A stretch of 64,000 bases of DNA from Tubiluchus corallicola (GCA_030141605.1 JAQGDQ010000820.1:1-64000), one strand, 5' to 3'. Counted from the first letter of the stretch, positions 11,601-25,880 are shown. Made by a program: numbers and translations. The notes: generated by a model not told the origin, from the sequence alone.

Positions 11601-14600
11601 GTTTAGCTATGGAGACGATTGGTTTCTCTTTCAAAATGGTAGCCTTCGCAAGCGGTGAGTATCCCTGAAATAAACTTGAAAAGTTCAACAAGCAATATAT
11701 TATAGCTAAACTATATGCCGTCGTATCTTTTTTTAATATAAGCTGGTAAAAAGTTGATTAATATGTGGTTTATAGGCATTGTCCAAAGCTGGATTAACAC
11801 ACAAGCAGACTAAGCACGTGGTTAGGGCACCAAGGTGGGGCAAAAAGAAAATTGAAAATAGATAAAGTTTAAAAAAAGTATGTTAAAATCTTAATTTTTC
11901 ACAGTAATTTTTCACAGATCCTACTAGTAAATCACTCTACACACAGACCAATGCATAATTAAGTAAAGTCCACGTAAAACAACTGACGATACTGAACCGA
12001 TGCGGCAGACGACTTTGCTTTACCTACACGTCACGTGACGGTTATAGTTAAGACGTGTTGCACTGGTACATTTAACCTTCGACCTACAGCAACTGCGCGC
12101 GCGCACAACAAAATTGTGAAAAGGATTACTAATGTCTATTACAACTGACGTCACCCCACCATATTACAAAAAATAACAATAAAATAGTTAAAGGACAAGA
12201 AAAGGGGTACCTGAAGTAGGTTTCAGAGAAATCGCCTTAAAAATTATATTACTTTATAGCAATTTTGTGCATATATCGTATTTGCATTGAAAGGAATTTT
12301 CGTTTGTTTTCATTTTAAATCTTCCGCAATACTATTCCGACGACGCCATTACATGACGTCATATATGCACAACGTAAATCAGGGGAGGAAAAGGCAATAT
12401 TAAATTATGATCCAGAAAACTTTCCGTGTAAATCTACATTACTTTACTGCTGGAAAAAAGTATGTAACTAGACTAATAATTTTAAGTGTTTGTGCCAAAC
12501 GGTAAAATGTCGCTGACTCACCCTCCAGGGTGCACCACTCATTAGCCAAAAACGTATCTTTAATCTTATTGACAAAATACAGTAATTTAAAATTTTACTT
12601 AGTTAGCAACATGTATGCTACGAATGCTCTGATTATTTTTTCAAACTTTACTTAATGTTATTTAAACTTGTTTCAAACGACCTACCATTAAAATGGCTGC
12701 GCCCAACGGTCATCGCAGGAGTTATGTAAGTGGAGGGTTTTCTTGTGCTTTAAGTCTGTGGCATTACATAATAAACATAAACATAATCAAAAATGATCGT
12801 AATAATGACTCGGTTTGCAGACACTTCAAAAATGATCGACTGACGTAAAAACCCCCCACTCAGAGTGTGACGTCGTAATTTGTACCTCAAACTGAATTCC
12901 TCTGGATTTACAATAATCTATCAACTGCTTAGGATTCCAATATGGATGATATTCACATTGGTTAACATGGGGAATGACGGAACAATCCGGTAAAAACTCC
13001 TCGAGGTGAGGGATCTCAAAATTACTCACTCCTATTGCTCTACACAGACCTGCAAAATACAAAATGAACAACTAATTATTGTTGCTGTTGTTGTTGTTGT
13101 TGGCATCCTTCTGTCTCGGAAGACAATGGAGTTTGCACCAAGAGAGTCAGTTATTGATCACATTGATGGAGCTGCAGCGACGACTGTGGCTGAGCAATGC
13201 GATCCTTGAACCGCTGGAGTGGCCTCTCCAGGGCGCACGAGTGGGGAAGGTGTATGGAGATCCTGAGTTGGCCAGACAACAGGAACCCTCTCTCTTCCTC
13301 CCTGGTGTAGTCCAAAGGAAAGCGGAGCGACACGTTTGGCACCAGGTTGGCTGCAGGAGCTGCCGGAGTCAGTGAGCATGCTCCACTGGTCCGCCCTCGG
13401 GGCTGCACTCCTGATTTGGAAGGTTTGGTCACTTGACCTCCTCCACCCTCTAGCCGTTGGCTGCTTGCGCAGCTCCTCCGCCTAGTGTCGACATACAGTG
13501 TGGGCAACCTGCAAGCCTACAACACCTGGTATTCCTAGGCGCTCACCCATCCAATTACTAACCTGGCTCTGCATTGCTTAACTTCGGTCTTCAAACGAGA
13601 ACCGGTGTTTTCAACGAGATATGGCCGTAGACAACTAATTATAGTATCGTGTTAAGCAGTAAACTGTCAGCTACGGTCTGTTTACAGTTACAATCAAATC
13701 TCGGTTTGCCGGACCTCGCTTATCGGAAGTGTCGAACAAAATCGGGACTGTTAAAAAGTCCGCATACTACGAACACGGTCCATCATTTTGCGAGTTGACC
13801 GCTAGTTGGTAGTCACTTTGTTTACATCATTACATCAGCGTAACCAAGCAGCGTGTAACAACTGTACTTAACGTGATTATTTCTATGTATATTATAGTGC
13901 ACAAAAGCGAACAACATAAAAATAGTAAAAGCTCATTGGTCACACAAAAGTATCTTATTTAAGCAGAAGAAATATAGAATCAATTATGCTGAGTTATTTG
14001 AGTCAACTACTGACAGTTTTTACATACTTCTGCACAGGAGCGGCCCGTGCTAGATGTTTTTGAGACAATTAGGTGATTGATTCTACATTACCGTAAGTCT
14101 AATACGTGGCACCTACTGTATTAGCTTAGTATCCGTAAATATGGACAATCGGCAAATTTGGACCAATGTCTCCCTGCCTTTGTCCAACAAACCAAAACAT
14201 GACTGTACATGCCAATGCATGCATAGTTACATATTTCACTCTCACAATAGAATAATTTCCCAGCTGCACACAACAAGTGTGGAGGTTATTCAGTAAGAAA
14301 CGAACCCTCATGATACAAATGTTCCATGGCTCTCCACGTTTCCGCACGAAGTTTCCTCTTATTTTTACAATCAGTTGGACAGTCTGGCCAATGCATTAAA
14401 TACAGATCTGAAACAATCATAATTATACAATCATCAATTTGATGTGATTAATAAAATAATTTATTAAAAGTTTCCATACAATAAGTGTATAAGCTATAAT
14501 AATTGACTATGATCAGAATCATCAGACACGACTATCATCAGAATCATCAGACATGACTATCATCAGAATCATCAGACGCGACTATCATCAGTATCATCAG

Positions 14601-16802
14601 ACATGACTATCATCAGAATCATCAGACACGACTATCATCAGAATCATTAAACACGACTAAATTTCCCTGCCAATTCATTTCCTTACCTTAAAGGATTACC
14701 TTCAACAATGTTATATAGTAAGTCCTCGCTTAACAAATTCCTGTTTAGCGACGATTTTCTTACTTTGCTCAGAGCTATTTTTCATTTGATCTACAACTTT
14801 TTTAACCTATATATATGGGTTACTTTAATGTACCTCTATGGAAATTAAACATACACTGTGGTCATTTCTTCTCCTCTTTTCCTTCTTCCTATCCCTAATC
14901 TTACTATTTTTTCCATTCCATCATGTTTACTAACCTTAACCATTCTTTCATTCACTCATCCTCCCCTCCCTTCCTTCTTCCTATCCCTAATCTTACTATT
15001 TTTTCCATTCCATCATGTTTACTAATCCTAACCATTCATTCATTCCCTCATTCTCCCCCCCCTTCCTTCTTCCTATCCCTAATCTTACTATAGTTTCCAT
15101 TCCATCATGTCTACTAACCCTAACCATTCTTTCATTCACTCATCCTCCCCTCCCTTCCTTCTTCCTATCTCTAATCTTACTATTTTTTTCCATTCCATCA
15201 TGTCTACTAACCCTAACCATTTTTTCATTCACTCATTTGTACCACCCTAACAAGCCAAGCTTTCAAGGTGTCATACAGCAACTCTATTATTTGGTTAATT
15301 TGACTTCATCAACGTTTTTTTACCTATACTGTTTCTTTTTGTTTCAATAATATTGTATGTTGATGTATTGTATATGTATTGCTGGAGTGAAATAAATTGA
15401 TTGCTTGATTGAACCTAATTTGAAGTATTTAAGAAATACAAATTGACTTATTTTGCTCTAAAAATGCATTAGTAACCTAAACAGTGCAATTACTATAATA
15501 TTTTTGCTTTATGTGCTATGTACTGACTATGTACCGACTGACTACATACTGAATTCTAGCGGTTTGTATGAAGTGACACCCGAGTTTAAACTTTATGCCA
15601 AGGAATTCTGTCTGTAGCCTGTTACTATAACAACCAGATTAGTACTACATGAAATTGTCTCAAGGTCGCTCCTTGCAGAGCTTCGCTTTCACTTCGTTGT
15701 GTTTAACACACAGTAGTTTAACTGATGGAGAAAATGCTAGCAAGCCTAGCTAGATACTGGTAAGAAAGATAGGTAGTTTCAAGCAAACAGAAAGAAATTA
15801 ATCAGTAGAAATATGAACAAAACTCATTAAACGTTTAAATTATATGTGATTTAAGCAGAATTGATGCACTGACATTTGGTTCTGGAACGTGTCTTTTACA
15901 TTATGAAAGTTTTGGTTTCGTTTAACAACGTTTAGCGTCGTTAAGTGAAGACTTGCCATCTTTCCATGCACAAAGTAACCGAGTATCGCATAAACTCTTA
16001 GAAAACTAATCTATTTTTCCACTAACTCTTTTCTTCGCACATTTTTAAATATCTCATGTTATTGCCACAACGCCGTGTCTTATTTATGAATTCATACAAA
16101 AATCACACGGACAAAAGTACAAGACAAGACAAAGAAATAGAGATTAAGCTTTGCAAGGATCAATGCATCTTTTGAAAACACAAACCATACCAAATTCTAC
16201 AATAATTTTTCAAGTGCAGAGTCACTAATAAGAAGACATCGCTTTCGTATTTCACACAATATAAAGAACTATACATATGTTACTATGAAACTATATACTA
16301 CAACACCAAATATAGAAAATATATATTTTCCCAAATCTGTAATATTATTTATAGTTATCCTTAAACTATATTATATATATATATATATATATAATTATGA
16401 TTTCATTTTTTATAGTTTAACTAAATTATGATGTTATTTTTTATAGTTTTGCTGAATTGTGATGTTATTTTTTATAGTTTTGCTAAATTGTGATGTTATT
16501 TTTTATAGTTTAACTAAATTGTGATGTTATTTTTTATAGTTTAACTAAATTGTGATGTTATTTTTTATAGTTTTGCTAAATTATGATGCTATTTTTTATA
16601 GTTTTGGTAAATTATGATGTTATTTTTTATAGTTTAACTAAATTGTGATGTTATTTTTTATAGTTTAACTGAATTGTGATGTTATTTTTTATAGTTTTGC
16701 TAAATAATGATGTTATTTTTTATAGTTTTGGTAAATTATGATGTTATTTTTTATAGTTTTGCTAAATTGTGATGTTACATTTTACACGCACGCACGCACG
16801 CA

Positions 16803-16847
<45 letters not shown>

Positions 16848-19800
16848 GAAAATAATATATATGTTACTAGGCACTATACATCACACTAAATGTTAACATG
16901 CTTCAGTTACAGTAGTGATTTGATATCTTACCAATATAGTCAACGTTTAGTCGTTTACAAGACTTGTGAAAGTCCGTTATCACATTCTCATAACCGTACT
17001 GTGCAGGCCAGATCTTTGTAGTAATGAACATCTCATGTCTGGGTACTCCTGACTCCTGTGAACAAACCATTATATCAACTCGTCTTTAAACATTATTAAA
17101 TAATCGTTAATGCAGGCTCCACCGTTTTTGAAAATGAACACGATACTGTGCACTACAACCAGGGCCTATTTCAGTCTAAGCGAGGCCTGGGGAAGTGGAG
17201 CGTGTGAGGCCCCTCGGGGGGGGGGGGGGGGAGGAGGGGAGTGCCAACAGTTTTGAACTGCTAGAATGCCGGAGAAGCATTTTCGAAGAGAAAATATGGA
17301 GTTATACAGTTGTTAAAGGAAAGAACAATTGAAAGAAAAACTGCTTTATTCTCAAGACCAGTCCTTAATACTTGTTAAATAGTCAAATCAAAAACAACAT
17401 CTTTGTAATATGTAATACCGTACTCTCACTTCCGTACAAGTCGGTGTTAGAAATTCCGAAATTGAAAACAGCTGAACATCGGCACCGAGCCACACAAGGC
17501 AAACGGCGATCGTGCGGCAACAGAGACAGAGAGGAAGAGAGGAGGCAGTACGTTCGCATAAAGCAAAAAATATATTACCTCGGCACGAGGCCCCCCTGGA
17601 GGGTGAGGCCCCGGGGATGTATCCCCACTCCCCCCCCTGAAATAGGGCCTGACTACAACTAAATTTATCAAATTACGTTAGGTGACTAAAATTCACAGAC
17701 CCAACTAAAATTTAATGATTACGAATTACTAAACGCACGCGAAAATAAAAGCGTTTTCATTGGAGATTTAAAACAAGAAAATGATGTTTACAGAAGTACT
17801 CAAAAGACTTCAGCATTCAAAAGAAATTTAACGTCACGTCAGCTGAAAATCTTGTTTACTGGTACCTTTATTGCTGCCCCCATCTTGTCTAGAAATTTAA
17901 CGTCACGTCAGCTGAAAATGTTCTTTACTGGTACCTTTATTGCTGCCCCTATCTTGTCTTCATTATTGTAACGAACAGCCGTATCTATGAGCCTGTAACC
18001 ACAGTCCCGAATTGCATGCACCAATGAAGAGTGCGAGTATCCGCCCTTGTGAGACATACCTGAAAACCAGAGAAGATAATGTAACGTCCCGACAACATTA
18101 GTAACGTTGTTAGAAACTTTATAGAACCTTTAACATAAATCTTTCTTGCTTATTAATCTGTTTATTCACAAAGACTGTTGCCATGAAAAGTCTAGAGGAT
18201 ATAACGCCTCGTGGCTTGCCAGGGGGGGGGGAACAGTGAGGGGAAAACTTAGTAAGCACAAACATTAAAATATAAACCATAGATAAGAACACGTCACAGA
18301 TAATATCATAACTTAGCAAAGCTATAAAACATAACATCATAACTTAGCAAAGCTATAAAAGATAACATCATAACTTAGCAAAGCTATAAAAGATAACATC
18401 ATAACTTAGCAAAGCTATAAAAGATAACATCATAACTTAGCAAAGCTATAAAAGATAACATTATAACTTAGCAAAGCTATAAAAGACAACATCATAACTT
18501 AGCAAAGCTATAAAAGATAACACATAACTTAGCAAAGCTATAAAAGATAACATCATACATCATAACTTAGCAAAGCTATAAAAGACAACATCATAATTTA
18601 GCAAAGCTATAAAAGATAACATCATAACTTAGCAAAGCTATAAAAGATAACATCATAACTTAGCAAAGCTATAAAAGATAACATCATACATCATAACTTA
18701 GCAAAGCTATAAAAGACAACATCATAACTTAGCAAAGCTATAAAAGATAACATCATAACTTAGCAAAGCTATAAAAGATAACATCATAACTTAGCAAAGC
18801 TATAAAAGACAACATCATAACTTAGCAAAGCTATAAAAGATAACATCATAATTTAGCAAAGCTATAAAAGATAACACATAACTTAGCAAAGCTATAAAAG
18901 ATAACATCATAACTTAGCAAAGCTATAAAAGACAACATCATAACTTAGCAAAGCTATAAAAGACAACATCATAACTTAGCAAAGCTATAAAAGATAACAT
19001 CATAACTTAGCAAAGCTATAAAAGACAACATCATAACTTAGCAAAGCTATAAAAGATAACATCATAACTTAGCAAAGCTATAAAAGATAACATCATAACT
19101 TAGCAAAGCTATAAAAGACAACATCATACCTTAGCAAAGCTATAAAAGATAACATCATAACTTAGCAAAGCTATAAAAGATAACATCATAACTTAGCAAA
19201 GCTATAAAAGACAACATCATAACTTAGCAAAGCTATAAAAGACAACATCATAACTTAGCAAAGCTATAAAAGACAACATCATAACTTAGCAAAGCTATAA
19301 AAGATAACATCATAACTTAGCAAAGCTATAAAAGATAACATCATAACTTAGCAAAGCTATAAAAGACAACATCATAACTTAGCAAAGCTATAAAAGACAA
19401 CATCATAACTTAGCAAAGCTATAAAAGACAACATCATAACTTAGCAAAGCTATAAAAGATAACATCATAACTTAGCAAAGCTATAAAAGATAACATCACA
19501 ACTTAGCAAAGCTATAAAAGATAACATCACAACTTAGCAAAGCTATAAAAGATAACATCATAACTTAGCAAAGCTATAAAAGACAACATCATAATTTAGC
19601 AAAACTATAAAAGATAACATCATAACTTAGCAAAACTATAAAACATAACATCAAAACTTAGCAAAGCTATAAAACATAACATCAAAACTTAGCAAAGCTA
19701 TAAAAGACAACATCACAACTTAGCAAAGCTATAAAAGATAACATCATAACTTAGCAAAGCTATAAAAGACAACATCATAATTTAGCAAAACTATAAAAGA

Positions 19801-22800
19801 CAACATCATAATTTAGCAAAACTATAAAAGATAACATCATAACTTAGCAAAGCTGTAAAAGACAACATCATAATTTAGCAAAACTATAAAAGATAACATC
19901 ACAACTTAGCAAAGCTATAAAAGATAACATCATAACTTAGCAAAGCTATAAAAGATAACATCACAACTTAGCAAAGCTATAAAAGATAACATCATAACTT
20001 AGCAAAGCTATAAAAGACAACATCATAATTTAGCAAAACTACGGAAATAAAATCACAATTTATTTAAACAATAAAAAATAACATTATAATTTAGCAAAAC
20101 TATAAAAATAATTATATTACGAATCGAATTACATCTCACTAATGTCTATCATTTGATTGAACACCACGATGAATATTGTAGCACTAACAGGCAATTTCCG
20201 AGCAAACGGATTTTATCAAAAACCATTTGAAATCACTTTTAACACATCTATTCAGGTAATTGTAAAATATGCAGTAAAACTGAAACAAAAAACAAACAAT
20301 GATACTAGCAGGAAAAAATTGTGTGCAAGCATCATCATAATGCTACACACCATTAAACTCGGGTAATTGTAAAATATGCAGTAAAGTAAAACTGAAACAA
20401 AAAACAAACAATGATACTAGTAGAAAAAACTGTGTGCAAGCATCATCATAATGCCACACACCATTAAACTTGGGTAATTGTAAAATATGCAGTAAAGTAA
20501 ACTGAAACAAAAAACAAACAATGATACTAGCAGAAAACTGTATATAAGCATCATCATAATACTACAGATGAAAAACAAATTTTACCTAAAGGAAGAGATT
20601 AATTAAATCTTTAATCCAGATTGAGTTAAATTAAGAATGAAACGAGCATAGTGCTTGATGGAAAATGGAGGACCTTGTAATTAATGCAAAACAGCAGCCC
20701 AACAGTGTTAAACCATCAGCTATTTTCAGCGCTACTTGAACTGAATTTTTGCCAACTTCACTGGCTTCCTACAGGAATATTATAATCTAAACGAAACCAT
20801 TGGAATGGCTTCAGCACACAGTCACACATTACTTCAAATCAAAAACTTCCAGGAAGCACCTTTACTCCTGCTTACATGGGAACGCATCCAAGAGCTGCCA
20901 TTCCACAGTTATTCTATTAATCTACATTGTATCAGGCTGAGTGTAAGCTGCAACTTTAGTACAACGAGTTACTTACACACAGTAGAAATGTTACAGTAAA
21001 CAGTAAGAAATTTATCAAAGTAAACAAACTTATGAAGCAAACAACACTGAAATATGCTATAAGAAGACGAATTGGAACAGTATTTAAAAGATTCCATTGT
21101 AAAGAAGTGAAACAATGTTTGAGTAAACGGGTGTATATAGTCTTGAACTGAAGAACGATAAATCACTAAATAGATTTTCAATATTTTATAATAGTAAAAA
21201 ATCAATATTTAGATTATGTGTGATTAGTGCTTATGGTTAGAGATCCACTAGTGATGTTTTTGCTACTGTGCTAGACATTTTTCTGTTTTTTAATGTTGAG
21301 CGTTCTGTGCTTTGTGACTGCATATGATATGATTGTAAAATCTAGAAAGACACTAGTTTTGCTAGTTATGTTTTATGGACTTTTACATGTTATGATACAA
21401 GCATCGCTTCGGTGCATACAGTAACTGAATGGGTGACTTAAATGTCATTTTATTCCAATTTATTACAGAATGACTCAATAGGTAAACTAAGCTAAGCCAA
21501 TTTAACTGAGCTATCTCTTTTTAACACGCAACTCATTCACCGAATACATTCCTTCAGGATACGTAAACCTAATCCTAGACACTTTGAAGCTACAGCACGT
21601 ATCACATAAAAGTCATGAAGTATGGTTATCCAATAAATATCTGATAATCATGTCCACCACCTTCGCTACAGAAAGAATGAAATTCAACTGCCCTTAGCGC
21701 AAAACTGGACCCAATGTTAAACTGTAGGTCAAAACAATCTACTCTTTAAAATATTGAGAGTAAACATGATCTTTTTTCAAAAATGACTTACGTGAAAGAA
21801 TTATTATCGTACAAACACAATTTCGCCACTAGTTCTTTGCTGTTATATGCATTTCGCCACTCGCTAGTTAGATGGGCACTAACGCCTGCATTTCGAAAAC
21901 GCATTGCACAAAAAACAAGTGCTGTACCTCTCAGTTTAGATGTGTTGGTTTGTGGCGAACTACACAATTTCGACAGCTCATCTCTGGCCACAGAGGTAAA
22001 TTTGAATTTTGAATTTTTATCTTAAAACTTGCCTAGTTTTAGTACAACACACTGAATGAATACACTTACAGTAGCACTGTACTTCAATTTTCTCTTTTGC
22101 AAACACGTGCAACACGCTCGTGGAATGTTTTTGTGGTTGAAAATTGCGTTAGTTTGTGATGTCATCAATAGTAGGGCTCGCCCGTCAATAATTAAGATTT
22201 TAATCTGTTGCTTAATTATTACAAATGCTTTTGCAGTATTAATCGTGTTAAAATCTATACTTCTTATCTCACTTCAATTACGTCATCATACAGTAAGACA
22301 AACACATCATAAAAACGTGCTCAGCTTTTGATTACTAACAAACGAAAAAAGTCTCTCATCAACTGATCCCTCCCCTCATTCCTGTAACACAAAAAACACA
22401 GGGAGATTGATTACTAGGAAGTGAAAGTGAAAGCCAGCAAACTGGCTTCTCTGGCTTCCCACTCAAACTATCTCCTACGTTTTAATCAATAAGTCCAGCA
22501 AAGAAGCCGTTAAATGGAAAAATACTGCTCAGTTTGTGGCTTCTTGAGCGCAGCCGATGGAAAATTTCAATTGCTTAAAATCATCAATTTCTGAAGCAGC
22601 AGCAGAAACCCTACAACAGTGTTTAGAGTAAATGATCATTAGTGGTCAAGTATTTTAGTGGTCAAGAACATTCAGGGTAGATATGAAAAACATCCTATAT
22701 ATACTTGCACGACGGCACGGACACGTAAAGTATTGCTAGGTAGAATTTAAAGGAAAAGTCAACCCTTCTAGGAGGTTAGGCTTATTTCAATGTTCGCAAA

Positions 22801-25136
22801 AATATTAGAAAGATTTAGTAATAAAACTGCAATAAACGCCTCGTGTAATTAGTAAAATCACTTTAAAGTCGCGATCATTTCATGCTTGGGCGCTCCCATT
22901 TTCAATGCCCATTGTTCTTCCAATGACGTCATTCGTCTTGAAGAAAAGTAGCGCATTGGCAATCTTTGTCAAAAGTACAATAAGTTCTTACAAAATAAAT
23001 AGATAGCTAAGTGTGTAATGTTTTCGCGTGAACATTAGGTAAACTGCAGAAGTTTGAATTAGTTTAAGCAGCGGGCTTACGGAAAGCACGAATTCTCCCA
23101 GTTACGACATGATTTTCAACCACAGCGCCTGAAAATTTCTAGTCAGAGGCAGTATTATTTTAAATTATGCTTTATAGGCAGTTCTGTGCAAATTTCTTTT
23201 TTATATTTATCCAAGTTTAAGTAATAACAATAAAATAAACCCAACATATTGAGTGGCTTGTTGTTTCCTTTAGTACACCACAAACAGTTTAAGTGATAAC
23301 AATAAAATAAACCCAACATACTGAGTAACTTGTTCTTTCCTTTAGTACACCACAAACAGTTTAAGTGATCAGTAAAATAAACCCAACATACTGAGTGGCT
23401 TGTTCTTTCCTTTAGTACACCACAAACAGTTTAAGTGATCAGTAAAATAAACCCAACATACTGAGTGACTTGTTCTTTCCTTTAGTACACCACAAACAGT
23501 TTAAGTGATCAGTAAAATAAACCCAACATACTGAGTGACTTGTTCTTTCCTTTAGTACACCACAAACAGTTTAAGTGATCAGTAAAATAAACCCAACATA
23601 CTGAGTGACTTGTTCTTTCCTTTAGTACACCACAAACAGTTTTAAGTGATCAGTAAAATAAACCCAACATACTGAGTGGCTTGTTCTTTCCTTTAGTACA
23701 CCACAAACAGTTTAAGTGATCAGTAAAATAAACCCAACATACTGAGTGGCTTGCTCTTACCTTTAAAACCACAGCTCTATACTCCTACTATAAGTAGCTG
23801 ATTACAAATACTATGTAAATTATGTTTGATTAAAAAACAAAAAAATGACTCTTGTCAGGAAACATTGTAGGCTAGCGTTACGATGTTGAGATAACGGACG
23901 ATGTTGGGATAATGATTCACTGAATATCTTCTTTTTCGATGCATCATGGCCCGTCTGTATCTTGAACACTATAGCAAGAGTAAGACACTCAAACCTGAAT
24001 GTACCATTTTACTTACTATGTGAATCAGTTTAGACATTTGTAATTGCTTAACCTGTAATTTGAATATCATTATTAGAAAATACATACTATTAATATATTT
24101 TCTAATACACATACTATAATGTGTACATATACACATATATATATATATATAATATATTTTCTAATAATATATTAATATTATATATTTTCTAATAAAGATA
24201 TCCATCTTATTTAGGATATATAAGTAAATTTACTAAAATTTAGTAAGTATATTTAGCATACATATAATATACTAAACCTAGAATAATGTAGTATTAATTA
24301 TTTTAAGTCTGTATTATTTATTAGTATTATTAATATTATAAACATTTCCGTAATATCAGCATATTTTTGCAGTATTACTAAATCTATGTTATGTAGTATT
24401 ATTTAGTATCATTCCATTATCATTGTATGTTTGCATTGTAATTGTGATTGTTTTGTAACATGTAATAAAGTAACTAGTCGTGTAGATATGTAATCATAAA
24501 TTCAATTTTCTTTTTCTCCCGTTTACAGTTGATAAACAGTGCAAAGTCATCGACAGTTTTACAGGTACAGGACTTCACAATTTACCTCAAGACTGAGCCA
24601 ATTTAGACCGTTTTACAGGTACAGCATTTCACAATTTACCTCAAGACGGAGCCAAATGCAACACATTAAATTTAGTGAGCGACAAAGTCTGCAATTCCGT
24701 CTTCCAACTCTCCCTATCCTTTCAGAGCAAAAATAAAAACCAAGAGAATTTTTCCCAGCATTCTTTGCGCAGTTTTCAACCCAATACATGTGTCCTGTTT
24801 TGCTACACCTGACTTATTCAAAGTTAAACAACACTGGTTCTGGTCACACAAAGTTACGCAGAGCAAGGCGCTTGCCGCAGATTATGACACGCACCTTACG
24901 ACTTTCCTGTGTGACACGGGCAGAAACAAGACAACAGCCAACAGAGAGCATATTTACTTTCTCCAATGCCAACAACATGAAAACAAAACAATACTGACAC
25001 CAAGATAGTCTCACTAAAACTCACCAAGGCCAAGCTGAGGCATCTTCACCCCATTGGACAAAGTGAAATGATGAAAGTGCGACGGAGACGGATGCTGACT
25101 TTCATTTCCGATGTGTCCTCTGTGTCCTTTAGTCAT
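8697..25136 (-). CDS. Aldo-keto reductase, ZK1290.5-like subfamily, 332 aa, 8 coding exons
   Basis: Exons 25136-25025, 18059-17935, 17055-16932, 14407-14306, 13049-12886, 11664-11554, 10454-10395, 8897-8697. All introns are GT-AG and phase-compatible (999 nt total). Motifs: LSNGVKMPQLGLG, SHKGGYSH, IDTAVRY (catalytic D, Y), FITTKIW (K), DLYLMHWP (H), IGVSNF, GYSPLAK, IPKST. Confidence 0.93.
9175..9778 (+). mobile_element. Kolobok-like MITE family A (other copies ~8998-9170, 21695-22260 reversed, 40250-40430, 42195-42685 reversed, 61305-62416 interrupted)
   Basis: A ~600-bp unit recurs with ends TTAA|AGGAAGACAGG ... CC(T/A)ATTTTGCT|TTAA. A TTAA target with short imperfect TIRs suggests Kolobok. 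Confidence 0.65.
10501..10772. repeat. 23-bp minisatellite, ~12 copies
   Basis: Unit GTCAAGATATAGGGTGTTCACAA. Confidence 0.9.
11011..11440. repeat. ~31-bp minisatellite, ~13 copies, ending in a Tigger/pogo-like terminus
   Basis: Unit GCGTCGTTAAAACGAATCGTCACTAAGTGGG, ending CGTTAAGCGAGGACCTACTGTA. Confidence 0.8.
13080..13632 (-). mobile_element. 5S-rRNA-derived SINE (SINE3) with RTE-like body and tail
   Basis: Minus-strand head GTCTACGGCCAT...GAAGTTAAGCAA...TGGATGGGTGA...GTAGGCTT (13632-13512) is a full-length 5S homolog with no T-run terminator. GC-rich body. Tail CCATTGTCTTCCGAGACAGAAGGATGCC(AAC)n. TSD AACTAATTAT at 13070-13079 and 13633-13642. Confidence 0.85.
14511..14659. repeat. 25-bp minisatellite, ~6 copies
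   Basis: Unit ATCAGACACGACTATCATCAGAATC. Confidence 0.85.
16395..16777. repeat. 31-bp minisatellite, ~12 copies (reverse-complement relative of 18306-20107)
   Basis: Unit ATAGTTT(T/A)(G/A)CTAAATT(G/A)TGATGTTATTTTTT. Confidence 0.9.
17160..17651. mobile_element. hAT MITE
   Basis: TIRs CAGGGCCTATTTCAG / CTGAAATAGGGCCTG and perfect 8-bp TSD ACTACAAC (17152-17159, 17652-17659). Confidence 0.88.
18306..20107. repeat. 31-bp minisatellite, ~57 copies
   Basis: Unit CATAACTTAGCAAAGCTATAAAAGA(T/C)AACAT. Confidence 0.95.
23215..23770. repeat. 70-bp minisatellite, ~8 copies
   Basis: CTGAGTGACT recurs at 23461, 23531 and 23601. Confidence 0.9.
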
Positions 25137-25880
25137 GGTTGTATCTTCTACCTACATTAATCACAACAGGTATCAAAAATTTTGTAGTACTGTGAATTTA
25201 GCGTCCGTGAATTAAATTCAATAAGCGTTTTCACATGATCATGAAAAGGTCAAAGGTTAAGTGTACCAGACAACGCATTTGTGTACACTTGACAACGAGT
25301 CGTAGCCCAAACTACAATAATAGCAACAGTTTTAACAGCTAGCTAGAACGTTACACAGTTCATTTTAGTTGTTCCCAAGCAAGAACCTGCTAGTAAATCA
25401 CTCTACACACAGACTAATGCATAGTTAAGTAAAGTCCACATAAAATAACTGAAGTTACTGAACTGATATGGCAGACAGCTTTGCTTTACATGCATCATGT
25501 GACATTTTTTGATTAAGGCACGTTGCTCTGGCACACGTAACCTACCTCTGACCTGCTGCAAACTACGCGTGCGCACAACGAAACTGTGAAAAGGCGTATT
25601 GACTAACAGTATGTATGTGTTTACTATTGTATGTTTAATAACTTCTGGAGGTTATACTGCCTATGACCTCACAACAGAATAACTTCTTTTACAAACGGTG
25701 CTCTATATACAAGCTGGGACACGTACTAATGCAGATCGCTGTCTAATTATCAAAAATCCAAGACGAAACACCTGACTGCCGGAGGTGTTTCATTCATTAT
25801 TTTATTTTATTATTTATCAGGCACAAAATAAATATAATACATTTTACACAAGAATAAATGTAAACAGTAAAATTATATAG

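Noticed and set aside
13512-13632. Functional 5S rRNA gene
   Set aside because: Several substitutions, no oligo-T terminator, and embedded in a TSD-flanked element, so called as a SINE head.
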